From NCBI GenBank assembly GCA_018969385.1, contig JAGWYL010000002.1, positions 289 to 64,288 on the forward strand: a stretch of DNA of 64,000 bases, in the 5' to 3' direction. How positions within the stretch are numbered: position 1 is the first letter of the stretch; each line of letters starts with the position of its first letter. Below the pieces are notes generated by a model that saw only the letters and a list, made by a program, of their open reading frames with translations, ran no database searches and was not told the DNA's origin. This DNA is from Patescibacteria group bacterium. GTDB taxonomy: Bacteria > Patescibacteriota > Minisyncoccia > Phycocordibacterales > Phycocordibacteraceae. The position numbers were made by a program, and so were the translations under genes. Shown one piece after another: positions 1 to 8,471 of this stretch.

Positions 1-2064
1 CTCGGCGAACAGTCCATGAAGAGCATGCGCGGCAAGCGCAGCGAAGACCTCATCTTCGCGGGCTCTCATTCGACGCCGCGCTCGAACCGCGCGGCCGTGG
101 CCATCGTCTTCGATAATGCGAAACGCCAGTTCAAGGTTGATTTCGACGAGGTGGCCATCGAGCGCGCGGTCTTCCGCGACGGCACGAGCGAATACTCCAT
201 CAACGGCTCGCGGGTGCGCTTGCGCGATATCGAAGAACTCCTCGCGGGTGCGAACATCGGCGACACCGGCCACCACATCATCTCCCAGGGCGAGGCGGAC
301 CGCATACTGCTCGCGTCTCCGAAGGACAGGCGCGAGATACTCGAGGACGCGCTCGGCCTCAAGATATACGAATTCAAGAAACAGGAGGCGGAGAAGAAGC
401 TCACGAAGACCGAAGAGAACATCGCGCAGGTGAATGCGCTGCGCCGCGAACTCGCGCCGCATCTGCGGTTCCTTGAAAAGCAGGTGGAGAAGCTCGAACG
501 CGCGGACGAGCTGCGCCGCGAGCTTACCGCGAGCGCGGGCACGTATTTCGCCATCGAGGACGCGTACCTCGCCGCCGAGCGCGAAGCGATGCGGAAGCAC
601 CAGGCGTCATCCGCCGAGCGGCTCCGCGCCGCGTCCGCGGAACTCGCCGACCTCGAAGAACGCGCGACGACCGATGCGGAAGGTACGAAGCGCCTCGAGC
701 TCGTCCGCGCCGCCGAGCGCGAACTCGAACGCGCGACGAACGCGCGCGCGGCCCTTTCGCGCGAGATAGGCCGCGTCGAAGGCTCGCTTTCCGCCGCGAA
801 GCGTAGGAGCGCGGAGGTGGCGCGCGAGCCGTACGTGAAGGTGCCGCGCGAGGACCTCGCCGCGCTTCGCGACGAGATAGCGCGCCAAGGGGAGCAGTCG
901 TCTTCGGATTCGCTTGAGGCGCTCCGCTCCGCACTTCGCGCCGTGGCCCGCGTCGCGCAGGTATTCTTCGACCGGTTCGCGTCGCCTTCGGACGACGTGC
1001 TCGCGGACGAAGAGCAGGCGGTGTACGCGCTCGAGAACGAGCGCGGCGGCCTGCTCGGGAAGGACGCGGAACTCGAGAAGGCCGTGGAAGAAGCGAAGTC
1101 CGCGCTCGCGCGAGCGCGCGAGGCGCTCGTGGCGCACGACGAGACCGGCAAGGAATTGCGGCAGCGCGTCCTCGCGCTCGCGCAGACGAAGGCGCATGAA
1201 GAAGGAGAGGTGGCGCGCATGGCCGGGCGCGAACGCGAACTCGCGCTCCTCGCGGAAGAGCTCGAACGGGACAAGGCGGAGACGCTCGCGGTGGGCGGCG
1301 CGGCCGCGGTCTCGTACGCCGCGCTTCCCGCGCCGCCCGCGGAGGAGCGGCGCGTCCAGGAAGACCGCAAGCGCGCGCTCACGCGTCTCAAGATCCGCCT
1401 CGAAGAAGCGGGCGGCGCGGGCGAAGACATCCGCACGGAGTTCAAGGAAGTGTCCGAACGCGAGACTTTCCTCGCGGGAGAGCTTGAAGACCTCGCCAAT
1501 TCCGCCGCGGGTCTGCGGGAACTCATCAAGGACCTTGAGACGGAGCTCGGCAAGAGTTTCGCGGAAGGGCTCGCGAAGGTGAACGCTTCGTTCGGCGAAT
1601 TCTTCGCGCTCATGTTCGGCGGCGGCGGCGCGCGCCTCGCGCTCGAAGAAGCTTCGGACGACGAGGATGAGGAAGAAGAGGATGACTCCGCGCCGAAGGA
1701 GAACGCGCGTCCGGGCATCGAGATTTCCGTACACCTCCCGAAGAAGCGCGTGCAGTCCTTGGTGCAGCTTTCGGGCGGCGAGCGCGCGCTCACCTCCATC
1801 GCGCTCATCTTCGCCATGAGCCAGGTGAATCCGCCGCCGTTCCTCATCCTCGACGAGACGGACGCCGCCTTGGACGAAGCGAACTCCCGCCGCTACGGCG
1901 ACATGATAGAGAACCTAGCGAGAAAGTCGCAGCTCATCGTCATCACGCACAACCGCGAAACCATGAGCCGCGCGGGAATCCTCTACGGCGTCACCATGGG
2001 CGGGGACGGCGTCAGTAAGCTCCTTTCCGTCAAATTCGAAGAGGCCGTTGCGGTGGCGAAATAG
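1..2064 (+). CDS. smc: SMC-family chromosome segregation ATPase, short form; 5' end lies outside the window
   Basis: Frame open from base 1 (LGEQSMKSMRG..DLIF, the SMC head just after Walker A); Q-loop IISQG; coiled coil; signature LSGGE; Walker B/D-loop ILDETDAALD; H-loop ITHN. Confidence 0.88.
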   Translation, partial: LGEQSMKSMRGKRSEDLIFAGSHSTPRSNRAAVAIVFDNAKRQFKVDFDEVAIERAVFRDGTSEYSINGSRVRLRDIEELLAGANIGDTGHHIISQGEADRILLASPKDRREILEDALGLKIYEFKKQEAEKKLTKTEENIAQVNALRRELAPHLRFLEKQVEKLERADELRRELTASAGTYFAIEDAYLAAEREAMRKHQASSAERLRAASAELADLEERATTDAEGTKRLELVRAAERELERATNARAALSREIGRVEGSLSAAKRRSAEVAREPYVKVPREDLAALRDEIARQGEQSSSDSLEALRSALRAVARVAQVFFDRFASPSDDVLADEEQAVYALENERGGLLGKDAELEKAVEEAKSALARAREALVAHDETGKELRQRVLALAQTKAHEEGEVARMAGRERELALLAEELERDKAETLAVGGAAAVSYAALPAPPAEERRVQEDRKRALTRLKIRLEEAGGAGEDIRTEFKEVSERETFLAGELEDLANSAAGLRELIKDLETELGKSFAEGLAKVNASFGEFFALMFGGGGARLALEEASDDEDEEEEDDSAPKENARPGIEISVHLPKKRVQSLVQLSGGERALTSIALIFAMSQVNPPPFLILDETDAALDEANSRRYGDMIENLARKSQLIVITHNRETMSRAGILYGVTMGGDGVSKLLSVKFEEAVAVAK

Positions 2065-2096
2065 CTTGCTTCCGCCTGCCTAGGGTGAGGTGCTCA

Positions 2097-2150
2097 CAGA
2101 AAGTCTGATTCGTAAGCGAAAGCGCTTAGCCTTCCGAACCGGACTTTCTG
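2097..2150. repeat. Degenerate palindromic element related to the family-A core
   Basis: Stem cagaaagtc...gactttctg enclosing ttcgtaagcgaa...cttccgaacc, similar to the ggttcggaagcgaa...gcttccgaacc core. Confidence 0.5.
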
Positions 2151-2255
2151 CTCGCTCCGCGCAGTTATCCCCACCTCGGCTTTCGGGAGGGGAGTAACAT
2201 TTCTGTGAGGCAGGTGTATCTCCTGTGTACGCCATTACCCCTTCATGCCACCCTC

Positions 2256-3395
2256 ATGTCCGCATTCAACTATTTCAAAGAGAACGTCAGCCGCGCCGCA
2301 GACCTGCTCGCGCTCGGCGAAGCGGAACGGGGAGCGTTCCTCAAACCGGACCGCGTCCTGAAGGCGGACCTCGCTGTTCCGCTTGACGACGGCGGGAGCG
2401 CGACTTTCCCCGCGTACCGCATCCAGTTCAACAATGCGCGCGGACCCTATAAGGGCGGCATCCGTTTCCATCCCGACGCCGACGAAGACGAAGTCGAAGC
2501 GCTCGCGGCGATGATGGCGGTAAAATGCGCGGTGGTCGGCATCCCGCTTGGCGGAGCGAAGGGCGGCATCGCCGTCGACCCGAAGAAACTCTCCCGCGCC
2601 GAAATCCACCGGCTTTCCCGCGCGTACGTCCGCGCGTTCGCCGAGCACCTCGGTCCGGATATCGACATCCCCGCGCCGGACGTGTACACCACGCCGGAAA
2701 TCATGGCGGTGATGCTCGACGAGTACGAACGGATTACCGGCAGAAGCGCGCCGGGCATGATAACGGGAAAGCCGCTTTCCGTAGGCGGCAGCGAGGGGCG
2801 CGATACCACGAGCGTCGTGGCGTTCGCGGACTCGAAGGGAACGCTCCAAAGCGCGCGCGGACTCGACGTGGAGGTGGTGCTCGCCGCGAAGGAGGCGAAG
2901 GGTTCCGTGCGCGGCATGTACTGCGACGGTTCCGTCTGCGACGCGGAGCGTCTCGCGAAGGACGGAGCGGAAATCCTCGAGGGCGGCGCGGTCATCTCCG
3001 CGAAGGCGGACATCTTCGTTCCCGCCGCGCTCGAGGAGCAGGTCACCGGGGAGAATGCGGACAGCGTGTCCGCGGGCATCGTGCTCGAGATCGCGAACGG
3101 TCCCGTGACGCCTGAAGCGGATGCGCTCCTTGCCGCGAGAGGCGTCGCCGTGATTCCGGACGTGCTCGCGAACGCGGGCGGCGTCACGGTCTCCTATTTC
3201 GAATGGATACAAAACCGCACCGGGGAACGCTGGACGCGGCCTGACGTGGAAACGAAGATGCGCGCGGTGATGCGAAACGCGTACCGCGAAGTCGCGGACT
3301 TCGCGGGAGAACGCGGCGTCACGCTCCGTCAAGCGGCGTATGCGCTCGCGCTGCGGAGAATCACTGACGCGATGGAAGCTCGGGGACGCGTATAG
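2256..3395 (+). CDS. gdhA: Glu/Leu/Phe/Val dehydrogenase (glutamate dehydrogenase) with an apparent in-frame deletion of the Rossmann glycine loop; possibly a pseudogene
   Basis: RGPYKGGIRF, PLGGAKGG, DIPAPDV, ITGKP, PDVLANAGGV motifs present; GGSEGRDT is joined directly to SVVAFADSKG with no QGFGNxG segment. Confidence 0.85.
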   Translation: MSAFNYFKENVSRAADLLALGEAERGAFLKPDRVLKADLAVPLDDGGSATFPAYRIQFNNARGPYKGGIRFHPDADEDEVEALAAMMAVKCAVVGIPLGGAKGGIAVDPKKLSRAEIHRLSRAYVRAFAEHLGPDIDIPAPDVYTTPEIMAVMLDEYERITGRSAPGMITGKPLSVGGSEGRDTTSVVAFADSKGTLQSARGLDVEVVLAAKEAKGSVRGMYCDGSVCDAERLAKDGAEILEGGAVISAKADIFVPAALEEQVTGENADSVSAGIVLEIANGPVTPEADALLAARGVAVIPDVLANAGGVTVSYFEWIQNRTGERWTRPDVETKMRAVMRNAYREVADFAGERGVTLRQAAYALALRRITDAMEARGRV

Positions 3396-3627
3396 GGCGC
3401 TGCCGCATCTTCTGGTATGCGAGCGCGAGCCACTGGAAACCGACGATGCCTTGGCTCGCCGCCGCAAGCCACAGGTGCAGCGTAAAGAACGTGACCGCTC
3501 CCACGAGAAGCGCGAGGCCGGTCGTGACGCTCGACGAAAGCGGCGGCTTCTCCTTGGCGAGCAGCATCGGGATGAGCGTCACGCAGAACAGTATCTGCAC
3601 GGCGGTGAGTACGTAGTCCTGCCACAT
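3361..3627 (-). CDS. Small three-TM membrane protein (PQ-loop/SemiSWEET-like size)
   Basis: 88 aa with three hydrophobic segments; TATACT -10 box 7 nt before the ATG. Confidence 0.65.
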   Translation of the reverse strand: MWQDYVLTAVQILFCVTLIPMLLAKEKPPLSSSVTTGLALLVGAVTFFTLHLWLAAASQGIVGFQWLALAYQKMRQRPIRVPELPSRQ

Positions 3628-3668
3628 GCAAGGCAGTATACCCTGTGAACGACACGTTCAGCATAGGA

Positions 3669-3763
3669 CTCGTTTCAAAACCGGCTCGGGGTGCGCGGTT
3701 TGAAAGCGAACTCCCCTTAGGCTTTCAAACCGCGCACCCGCTCGCCGGAGATTTTGAAACGAG
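3669..3763. repeat. Family-A palindromic REP/MITE-like element (~95 bp)
   Basis: Ends ctcgtttcaaaa/ttttgaaacgag; inner stem gggtgcgcggtttgaaagc...gctttcaaaccgcgcaccc; related copies at 25919, 33209, 41421, 49376. Confidence 0.88.
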
Positions 3764-3765
3764 CT

Positions 3766-5724
3766 CTATTCAGAGGCCGGCACGAAATCCAGCTCCTTCT
3801 CCGGCACGCGCGCAGCGGCAAGCGTGACGCGGATAGGGTCGCCGATGCGGTACTGCTTCTTCGTGCGCCGGCCTACGAGCCGGTATCCCTTCTCATCGTA
3901 ATCGAAATAGTCGTCGCCGAGGTCGCGGATGCGTATCATGCCGTCCGCATGCGTGGTCTGCTCCTCCACATACATGCCGCGGTCGGAGACGCCGGAAATG
4001 ACCGCGTCGAACGCATCGCCCACGCGTCCCGCGAGGTACTCCACCTGCTTCATCTTGATGGAGTCGCGCTCCGCTTCCGTCGCGGCAACTTCGCGTTCGG
4101 AACAATGGATGGCGAGCTGCTCGAAGCCTTCTACCTCGCGGTCGCTCATCGGTTCGCGTCCCGCGTGGTGTTTCAGCAAGCGGTGCACCACGAGGTCCGG
4201 ATACCGGCGGATGGGCGAGGTGAAATGCGTGTAGTGCGTGAAGGCGAGTCCGTAGTGGCCGATATTCTTAGTGGAGTACACGGCTTTCGCCATGGAACGC
4301 AGGGTCGCGGTCTTGATGAGGTATTCTTCCGGCTTTCCTTTCACCTTCTCGAGAAGCTCGTTGATGGCCACGCCCTTCACGTTGCCCGCATGGGTCTCAA
4401 GGTCGTAGCCGAGCACGCGCAGGAACAGGGAGAGATTCTCGATGCGGTCCGCGTCCGGCGCGTCGTGGATGCGGTAGAGGTAGCCGTGGCGCAGGTTCTT
4501 CGAAAGGTCGGCCAGGTGCTCGGCGACGGACTCGTTCGCGAGCAGCATGAAGTCTTCGATGAGCAGGTTCGTGTCCTTGCGCTCCTTGAGATGCACGGCC
4601 ACCGGCTTCCCCGCGTCATCGAGCTCGATCTTCACCTCCGCCGTGTCGAATTCGATAGCGCCGTTCGCCTGCCGCTTCTTCCGGAGCAGCTTCGCGAGCG
4701 TCCGCAGCGTGGAGAGTTCCGCGTGCAGGTCGCCCGCGCCCGCCTCAAGCGTCTTCTGGGCGTCTTCGTACGTGTAGCGGCGGTCGGAATGTATGACCGT
4801 CTCGCCGAACCACCGGTCAAGCACCTTCGCGTTCGCGTCGAGCGTGAACACCGCGGAAACGGCGAGACGGTCTTCGCCCTGCCGGAGCGAACAGAGGTCG
4901 TTCGAGAGCACTTCCGGAAGCATCGGGATGGTGCGGTCCACCAGGTAGACGGAGGTCGCGCGCTGGTACGCTTCCTTGTCGAGTTCGCCTCCTTGCTTCA
5001 CGAAGAACGATACGTCCGCGATGTGTATGCCCACTTCGAACGTGCCGTCGCCCTTGTCCTTGAAGGAGAGCGCATCGTCGAAATCTTTCGCGTCGGCGGG
5101 GTCGATGGTACAGGTCGGCACGTCGCGGAAATCGCGGCGCTCGCCGCTCGCCACGGCGCGTGCGGCTTCCTCGGCAATCATCGCGTGGCCTTCATGCTGC
5201 AGGACTTCCGCCGCCTTCACGACGGCGGGCGGGAAGGCCGCTTCGAATCCCTGTCCGAGCGCGAGCGCGCGCATCTCCGTCTCGTGAACGCCCGCGGGAC
5301 CGATGACCTGCTCGACGACGCCCCACGGAAAATCCGAACCCTCGTCCCAGCCTTTCATGCGGACGAGCACCTTGTAGCCGAGCGGACAGGGAAGCTCGCC
5401 GCGTATGTCGAGCGGCACGTACATCTTCTTGAGGTCGGGAATGAGGAGCGGGCCCTTGTCGTCCATCAGGGTGCCGACGAACGTTTCGCGCGCGCGGGCG
5501 ACGACGCGGACGACCTTCGCGGCCGCGCGCTTCTCACCGGTGCGGGCGTCCGTCTCGAAACCGTCGGGAGCGACCGTCACGACGTCATGATTGAGCGCAT
5601 GATTGAGCGACTCCTTCGGGATGATGAAATCCTCCTTCTCTTCGTCGTATGTGAAAAAGCCCGTGCCTTTGCGGGTTATGGTGATGACGCCTTCGTAGGT
5701 CTGCGCCTGCGATTCCTTGTCCAC
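3766..5724 (-). CDS. rnr: Ribonuclease R (RNB family)
   Basis: TIDPADAKDFDDALS catalytic motif, HIADVS, IEDFMLLAN, HFTSPIRRYPDL, C-terminal S1 domain. Confidence 0.95.
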   Translation of the reverse strand: MDKESQAQTYEGVITITRKGTGFFTYDEEKEDFIIPKESLNHALNHDVVTVAPDGFETDARTGEKRAAAKVVRVVARARETFVGTLMDDKGPLLIPDLKKMYVPLDIRGELPCPLGYKVLVRMKGWDEGSDFPWGVVEQVIGPAGVHETEMRALALGQGFEAAFPPAVVKAAEVLQHEGHAMIAEEAARAVASGERRDFRDVPTCTIDPADAKDFDDALSFKDKGDGTFEVGIHIADVSFFVKQGGELDKEAYQRATSVYLVDRTIPMLPEVLSNDLCSLRQGEDRLAVSAVFTLDANAKVLDRWFGETVIHSDRRYTYEDAQKTLEAGAGDLHAELSTLRTLAKLLRKKRQANGAIEFDTAEVKIELDDAGKPVAVHLKERKDTNLLIEDFMLLANESVAEHLADLSKNLRHGYLYRIHDAPDADRIENLSLFLRVLGYDLETHAGNVKGVAINELLEKVKGKPEEYLIKTATLRSMAKAVYSTKNIGHYGLAFTHYTHFTSPIRRYPDLVVHRLLKHHAGREPMSDREVEGFEQLAIHCSEREVAATEAERDSIKMKQVEYLAGRVGDAFDAVISGVSDRGMYVEEQTTHADGMIRIRDLGDDYFDYDEKGYRLVGRRTKKQYRIGDPIRVTLAAARVPEKELDFVPASE

Positions 5725-5765
5725 CTACGCACTCTAGCAGATTGGGCGCGATTCGCTACGCTTAA

Positions 5766-5866
5766 GGGTGCCGGTTCCACCCCCTTGGTTCCCGGCAGCT
5801 CAAGCCGCGAGCACTCCCCACAGTGGCGGCCTGACTTCGGGACTCGCTTGCGAGTCCCTCTTTTTG
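5766..5866 (+). ncRNA. Candidate ~100-nt small RNA: two hairpins with C-rich loops followed by an intrinsic terminator
   Basis: -10-like TACGCT at 5757-5762; hairpins 5769-5797 and 5804-5830; terminator gggactcgc/gcgagtccc plus T run at 5839-5865; rpsP has its own -10 box downstream. Confidence 0.45.
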
Positions 5867-5911
5867 TCCGGTGATTGACCGGGCGGGGCCGTTCTGGTAT
5901 CGTGCGCGGAC

Positions 5912-6313
5912 ATGTTGATGATCCGATTTCAGCGCATAGGCCGCAAGAACGACCCCGCGTTCCGCATGGTCGTCCTTGAGAAAGCCAGGAGCCCCAAGGC
6001 GGGCCGCCCGCTCGCGCAGCTGGGCTCCTATAATCCGAAGACCAAGGCTTTTTCGGCTGACACTGACGCCATAAAGGACTGGATGAAGAAAGGCGCGCAA
6101 CTCTCTCCTTCGCTCCACAACCTCTTGCTCGCGAAAGGTCTCATCGAAGGCAAGAAGATAAACGTTCTTCCGAAGAAGACTCCTCCCAAGAAGGAAGAGG
6201 AGGCTTCCGCCGCGCCGAAGGCCGAAGAGACCGTCGCCGCTGCGGCGCCTGAAGCTCCCGCGCAGTCGCCCGTCGAAGAGGAGGCCGCGACACCCGCAGA
6301 AGCAGCGGCGTAG
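5912..6313 (+). CDS. rpsP: 30S ribosomal protein S16 with an Ala/Glu/Pro-rich tail
   Basis: MLMIRFQRIGRKNDPAFRMVV...LGSYNP...WMKKGAQLS. Confidence 0.95.
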   Translation: MLMIRFQRIGRKNDPAFRMVVLEKARSPKAGRPLAQLGSYNPKTKAFSADTDAIKDWMKKGAQLSPSLHNLLLAKGLIEGKKINVLPKKTPPKKEEEASAAPKAEETVAAAAPEAPAQSPVEEEAATPAEAAA

Positions 6314-6360
6314 CGTTCGCACGCCGCCACGCTGGTATACTTACCGCGGCGGGGAGGACG

Positions 6361-6395
6361 GCTTACTGCTAACCGCTTCTTGTCTCCTGCCTACT
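6361..6395 (+). repeat. Degenerate heptamer tandem array (family C) in the khpA leader
   Basis: gcttact gctaacc gcttctt gtctcct gcctact. Confidence 0.5.
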
Positions 6396-6402
6396 ATTTA
6401 TT

Positions 6403-6732
6403 ATGGAACCGGACCAGCAATTTCTCGATTACGTCGTGAAGGCCATCGTCGACCATCCGGACGATGTCGTCATCGAGCGCACCGTGGACAACATGGGCGT
6501 TCTCCTTACGCTCACCGTCCACCCGGACGATATGGGCAAGGTCATCGGCAAGCAGGGAAAGATAGCGCAGGAAGCGCTTCGTCCGCTCTTGCGCATCGTG
6601 GGCATGAAGCATAATGCGCGCGTAAACCTGAAGATAAACGAGCCCGTCGGCGGCAAGCGCCTTGAAGGAGGCATGACCACGGGCGGGGTGCTCGACGAGA
6701 TGGATAAGACCATCGAAGACCTGAAGGGATAG
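6403..6732 (+). CDS. khpA: KH-domain RNA-binding protein (KhpA/YlqC)
   Basis: VKAIVDHPDDV..VHPDDMGKVIGKQG (GxxG loop); usual position after rpsP. Confidence 0.9.
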   Translation: MEPDQQFLDYVVKAIVDHPDDVVIERTVDNMGVLLTLTVHPDDMGKVIGKQGKIAQEALRPLLRIVGMKHNARVNLKINEPVGGKRLEGGMTTGGVLDEMDKTIEDLKG

Positions 6733-6806
6733 CTGACAGCGTACAGCTGACAGGCCATACGTCGAACATGAAACAAATCAAAGCTGTACGCTGCAAGCTG
6801 TAAGCT
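6731..6806. repeat. Inverted pair of heptamer arrays (family C) forming a hairpin
   Basis: agctgac agcgtac agctgac ... gctgtacgctgcaagctgtaagct (reverse complement begins agcttac agcttgc agcgtac). Confidence 0.75.
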
Positions 6807-6812
6807 TCTCTC

Positions 6813-7502
6813 ATGCCGCGATTTCATCTCATAACCCTTTTTCCTGAAGCGTGCGACGCGTACCTCTCCGCGTCCATCATCGGCCGCGCGCGGAAGGAAA
6901 AGAAGATTTCCGTAGACTATACGAACCCGCGCGATTTCGTAACGAACAGATGGGGCAAGGTGGACGAACGTCCGTACGGCGGCGGTCCCGGCATGGTGAT
7001 GCAAGCGCTGCCGATAGTGAAGGCGACCGAGAAGGCGCTCGGAAAGCGCGCGGGGAAGAAAGCCATCGTCTGGTTCCAGCCGGAAGCGAAGCAGTTCACG
7101 AACAAGGATGCGGACGCGCTCGGGAAGTACGACGAAGTCGCATTCGTCTGCGGACGCTATGAAGGCATAGACGAACGCGCGAAAAAGATCCTGAAGGCTT
7201 TCAAAACTAGGACATCCGATGTCCTAGTTTTGAAAGCCTACGCGGTCGGCGAAGCGGTCTATACCGGCGGGGAAGTGCCGGCGATGGCGATGATAGACGC
7301 CATCACCAGGCGGCTTCCGGGCGTGCTCGGCAAGGACGCGTCCGTCGAGGAGCGCCGCGTGTCCTCGCACGAGGTCTACACGCGGCCGGAGACCATCGAA
7401 TACAGGAAGAAGAGATACAAGGTCCCGCCGGTGCTGCGCACCGGCGACCACGCGAAGATGGAGGCGTGGAAACGTAAGAAGAACGGCGCGAAAAAGAGTT
7501 AG
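6813..7502 (+). CDS. trmD: tRNA (guanine-N1)-methyltransferase containing an in-frame palindromic insertion
   Basis: ITLFPE, VDERPYGGGPGMV, CGRYEGIDER, TGGE, YTRP, VPPVL motifs. Confidence 0.95.
   Translation: MPRFHLITLFPEACDAYLSASIIGRARKEKKISVDYTNPRDFVTNRWGKVDERPYGGGPGMVMQALPIVKATEKALGKRAGKKAIVWFQPEAKQFTNKDADALGKYDEVAFVCGRYEGIDERAKKILKAFKTRTSDVLVLKAYAVGEAVYTGGEVPAMAMIDAITRRLPGVLGKDASVEERRVSSHEVYTRPETIEYRKKRYKVPPVLRTGDHAKMEAWKRKKNGAKKS
7195..7239. repeat. Perfect 45-bp palindrome (22-bp arms, family-B core) inside trmD
   Basis: aggctttcaaaactaggacatc-c-gatgtcctagttttgaaagcct. Confidence 0.92.
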
Positions 7503-7518
7503 ACGGCCGAGGTTCTCC

Positions 7519-7612
7519 GACCCGCCACGCGCTCGATCTGTCCCCGCGAAAGAGGGTCCGATTCTAGTCTTTCGCATGAACAGCTCTTCGCGCGTGGCGG
7601 GTCTTGAAACGG
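7519..7612. repeat. Long intergenic hairpin ending in a family-A-like cttgaaacgg terminus
   Basis: 14-bp perfect stem gacccgccacgcgc/gcgcgtggcgggtc with inner gcgaaaga/tctttcgc pairing. Confidence 0.6.
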
Positions 7613-7625
7613 ATTCTAGTATTCC

Positions 7626-7660
7626 AAAAAAGAGAAGGCCGCCTTCATGGGGCGGCCTTT
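7626..7660 (-). terminator. Intrinsic terminator for the histidine phosphatase gene
   Basis: aaggccgcc/ggcggcctt stem followed on the minus strand by a T-rich run. Confidence 0.65.
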
Positions 7661-7681
7661 CGCACTGATAGGACTGGAAGA

Positions 7682-8338
7682 TCAATCGAAGTCGTCGAGG
7701 CCGATGACCTCGAGATTCCCGACGTCGGATTCCTCGCCATCACCGATTGCGAATCGGAACCCGTCGGTCTCGCCGAGAATCGTATACTCGATCGTATGGC
7801 CTTCAATCGAACCCGGGAATCCTCCGGCGAAGAGTACCATCGCTGGAATCAGGCTGCCGTGGCCGACAACGAGGATTTCGGTGCTCTCGTCGGGAAGCTT
7901 TGCGAGCTCCCTGAAGAGCGCATCCGCCGCATACAACCCGTAGCAGTTGAGCGCGGCTTTGAAAGCCGGATCTTTACAGTAGGTCGCAAGCGACGCGACG
8001 CCGTATTTCACGTACGCGTCGTCGAGCGTCTTGCCGAGCGTGGTAGACGGGTCGACGATGCCGAACGCGTCGACGCGGATGATATGCGTCTCGCTGATGC
8101 CGCTCACATATGATGCCGTCTGAACGGCGCGTTTGGCAGGCGACGCGAAGGCCGCGTGATACTTCGGCGACAAAAGCGCCTCCCGGCGGTCGGTCGATTG
8201 CCTCGCGCCGAGGAAAGACATGCTGCGAGCGTTATCCATCTCGTATGCGCTCATCCTTTCGGAGAGCGCCTTTTTCAGTTCTTCCGTCAGCGTGACGGCA
8301 TTTGCATGCCGCAGCGCGGTAATGCGACGTGTTGTCAT
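7682..8338 (-). CDS. Histidine phosphatase superfamily protein (SixA/PGM-like)
   Basis: LRHA at the N-terminus, SPAKRAVQTA, ILVVGHG; SD ggag before the ATG at 8338. Confidence 0.75.
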   Translation of the reverse strand: MTTRRITALRHANAVTLTEELKKALSERMSAYEMDNARSMSFLGARQSTDRREALLSPKYHAAFASPAKRAVQTASYVSGISETHIIRVDAFGIVDPSTTLGKTLDDAYVKYGVASLATYCKDPAFKAALNCYGLYAADALFRELAKLPDESTEILVVGHGSLIPAMVLFAGGFPGSIEGHTIEYTILGETDGFRFAIGDGEESDVGNLEVIGLDDFD

Positions 8339-8471
8339 CGGAACACTCCATATGTCAGAGGGCGCGCCGCGCCCGTTCGTCCCTACGGCCCCAGCGGCTT
8401 TCGGTCTGATTTCAACATAGCACGAAAAATTGGTATTGTCAAAATAGGGCGGAAATGCTAGCGTTTGCCGC

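Noticed and set aside
5766-5866. tRNA, SRP RNA or cobalamin riboswitch
   Set aside because: No cloverleaf, TTC loop or CCA; no SRP CAGG..GGAA..AGCAG motif; only a short gccactg match on the minus strand.
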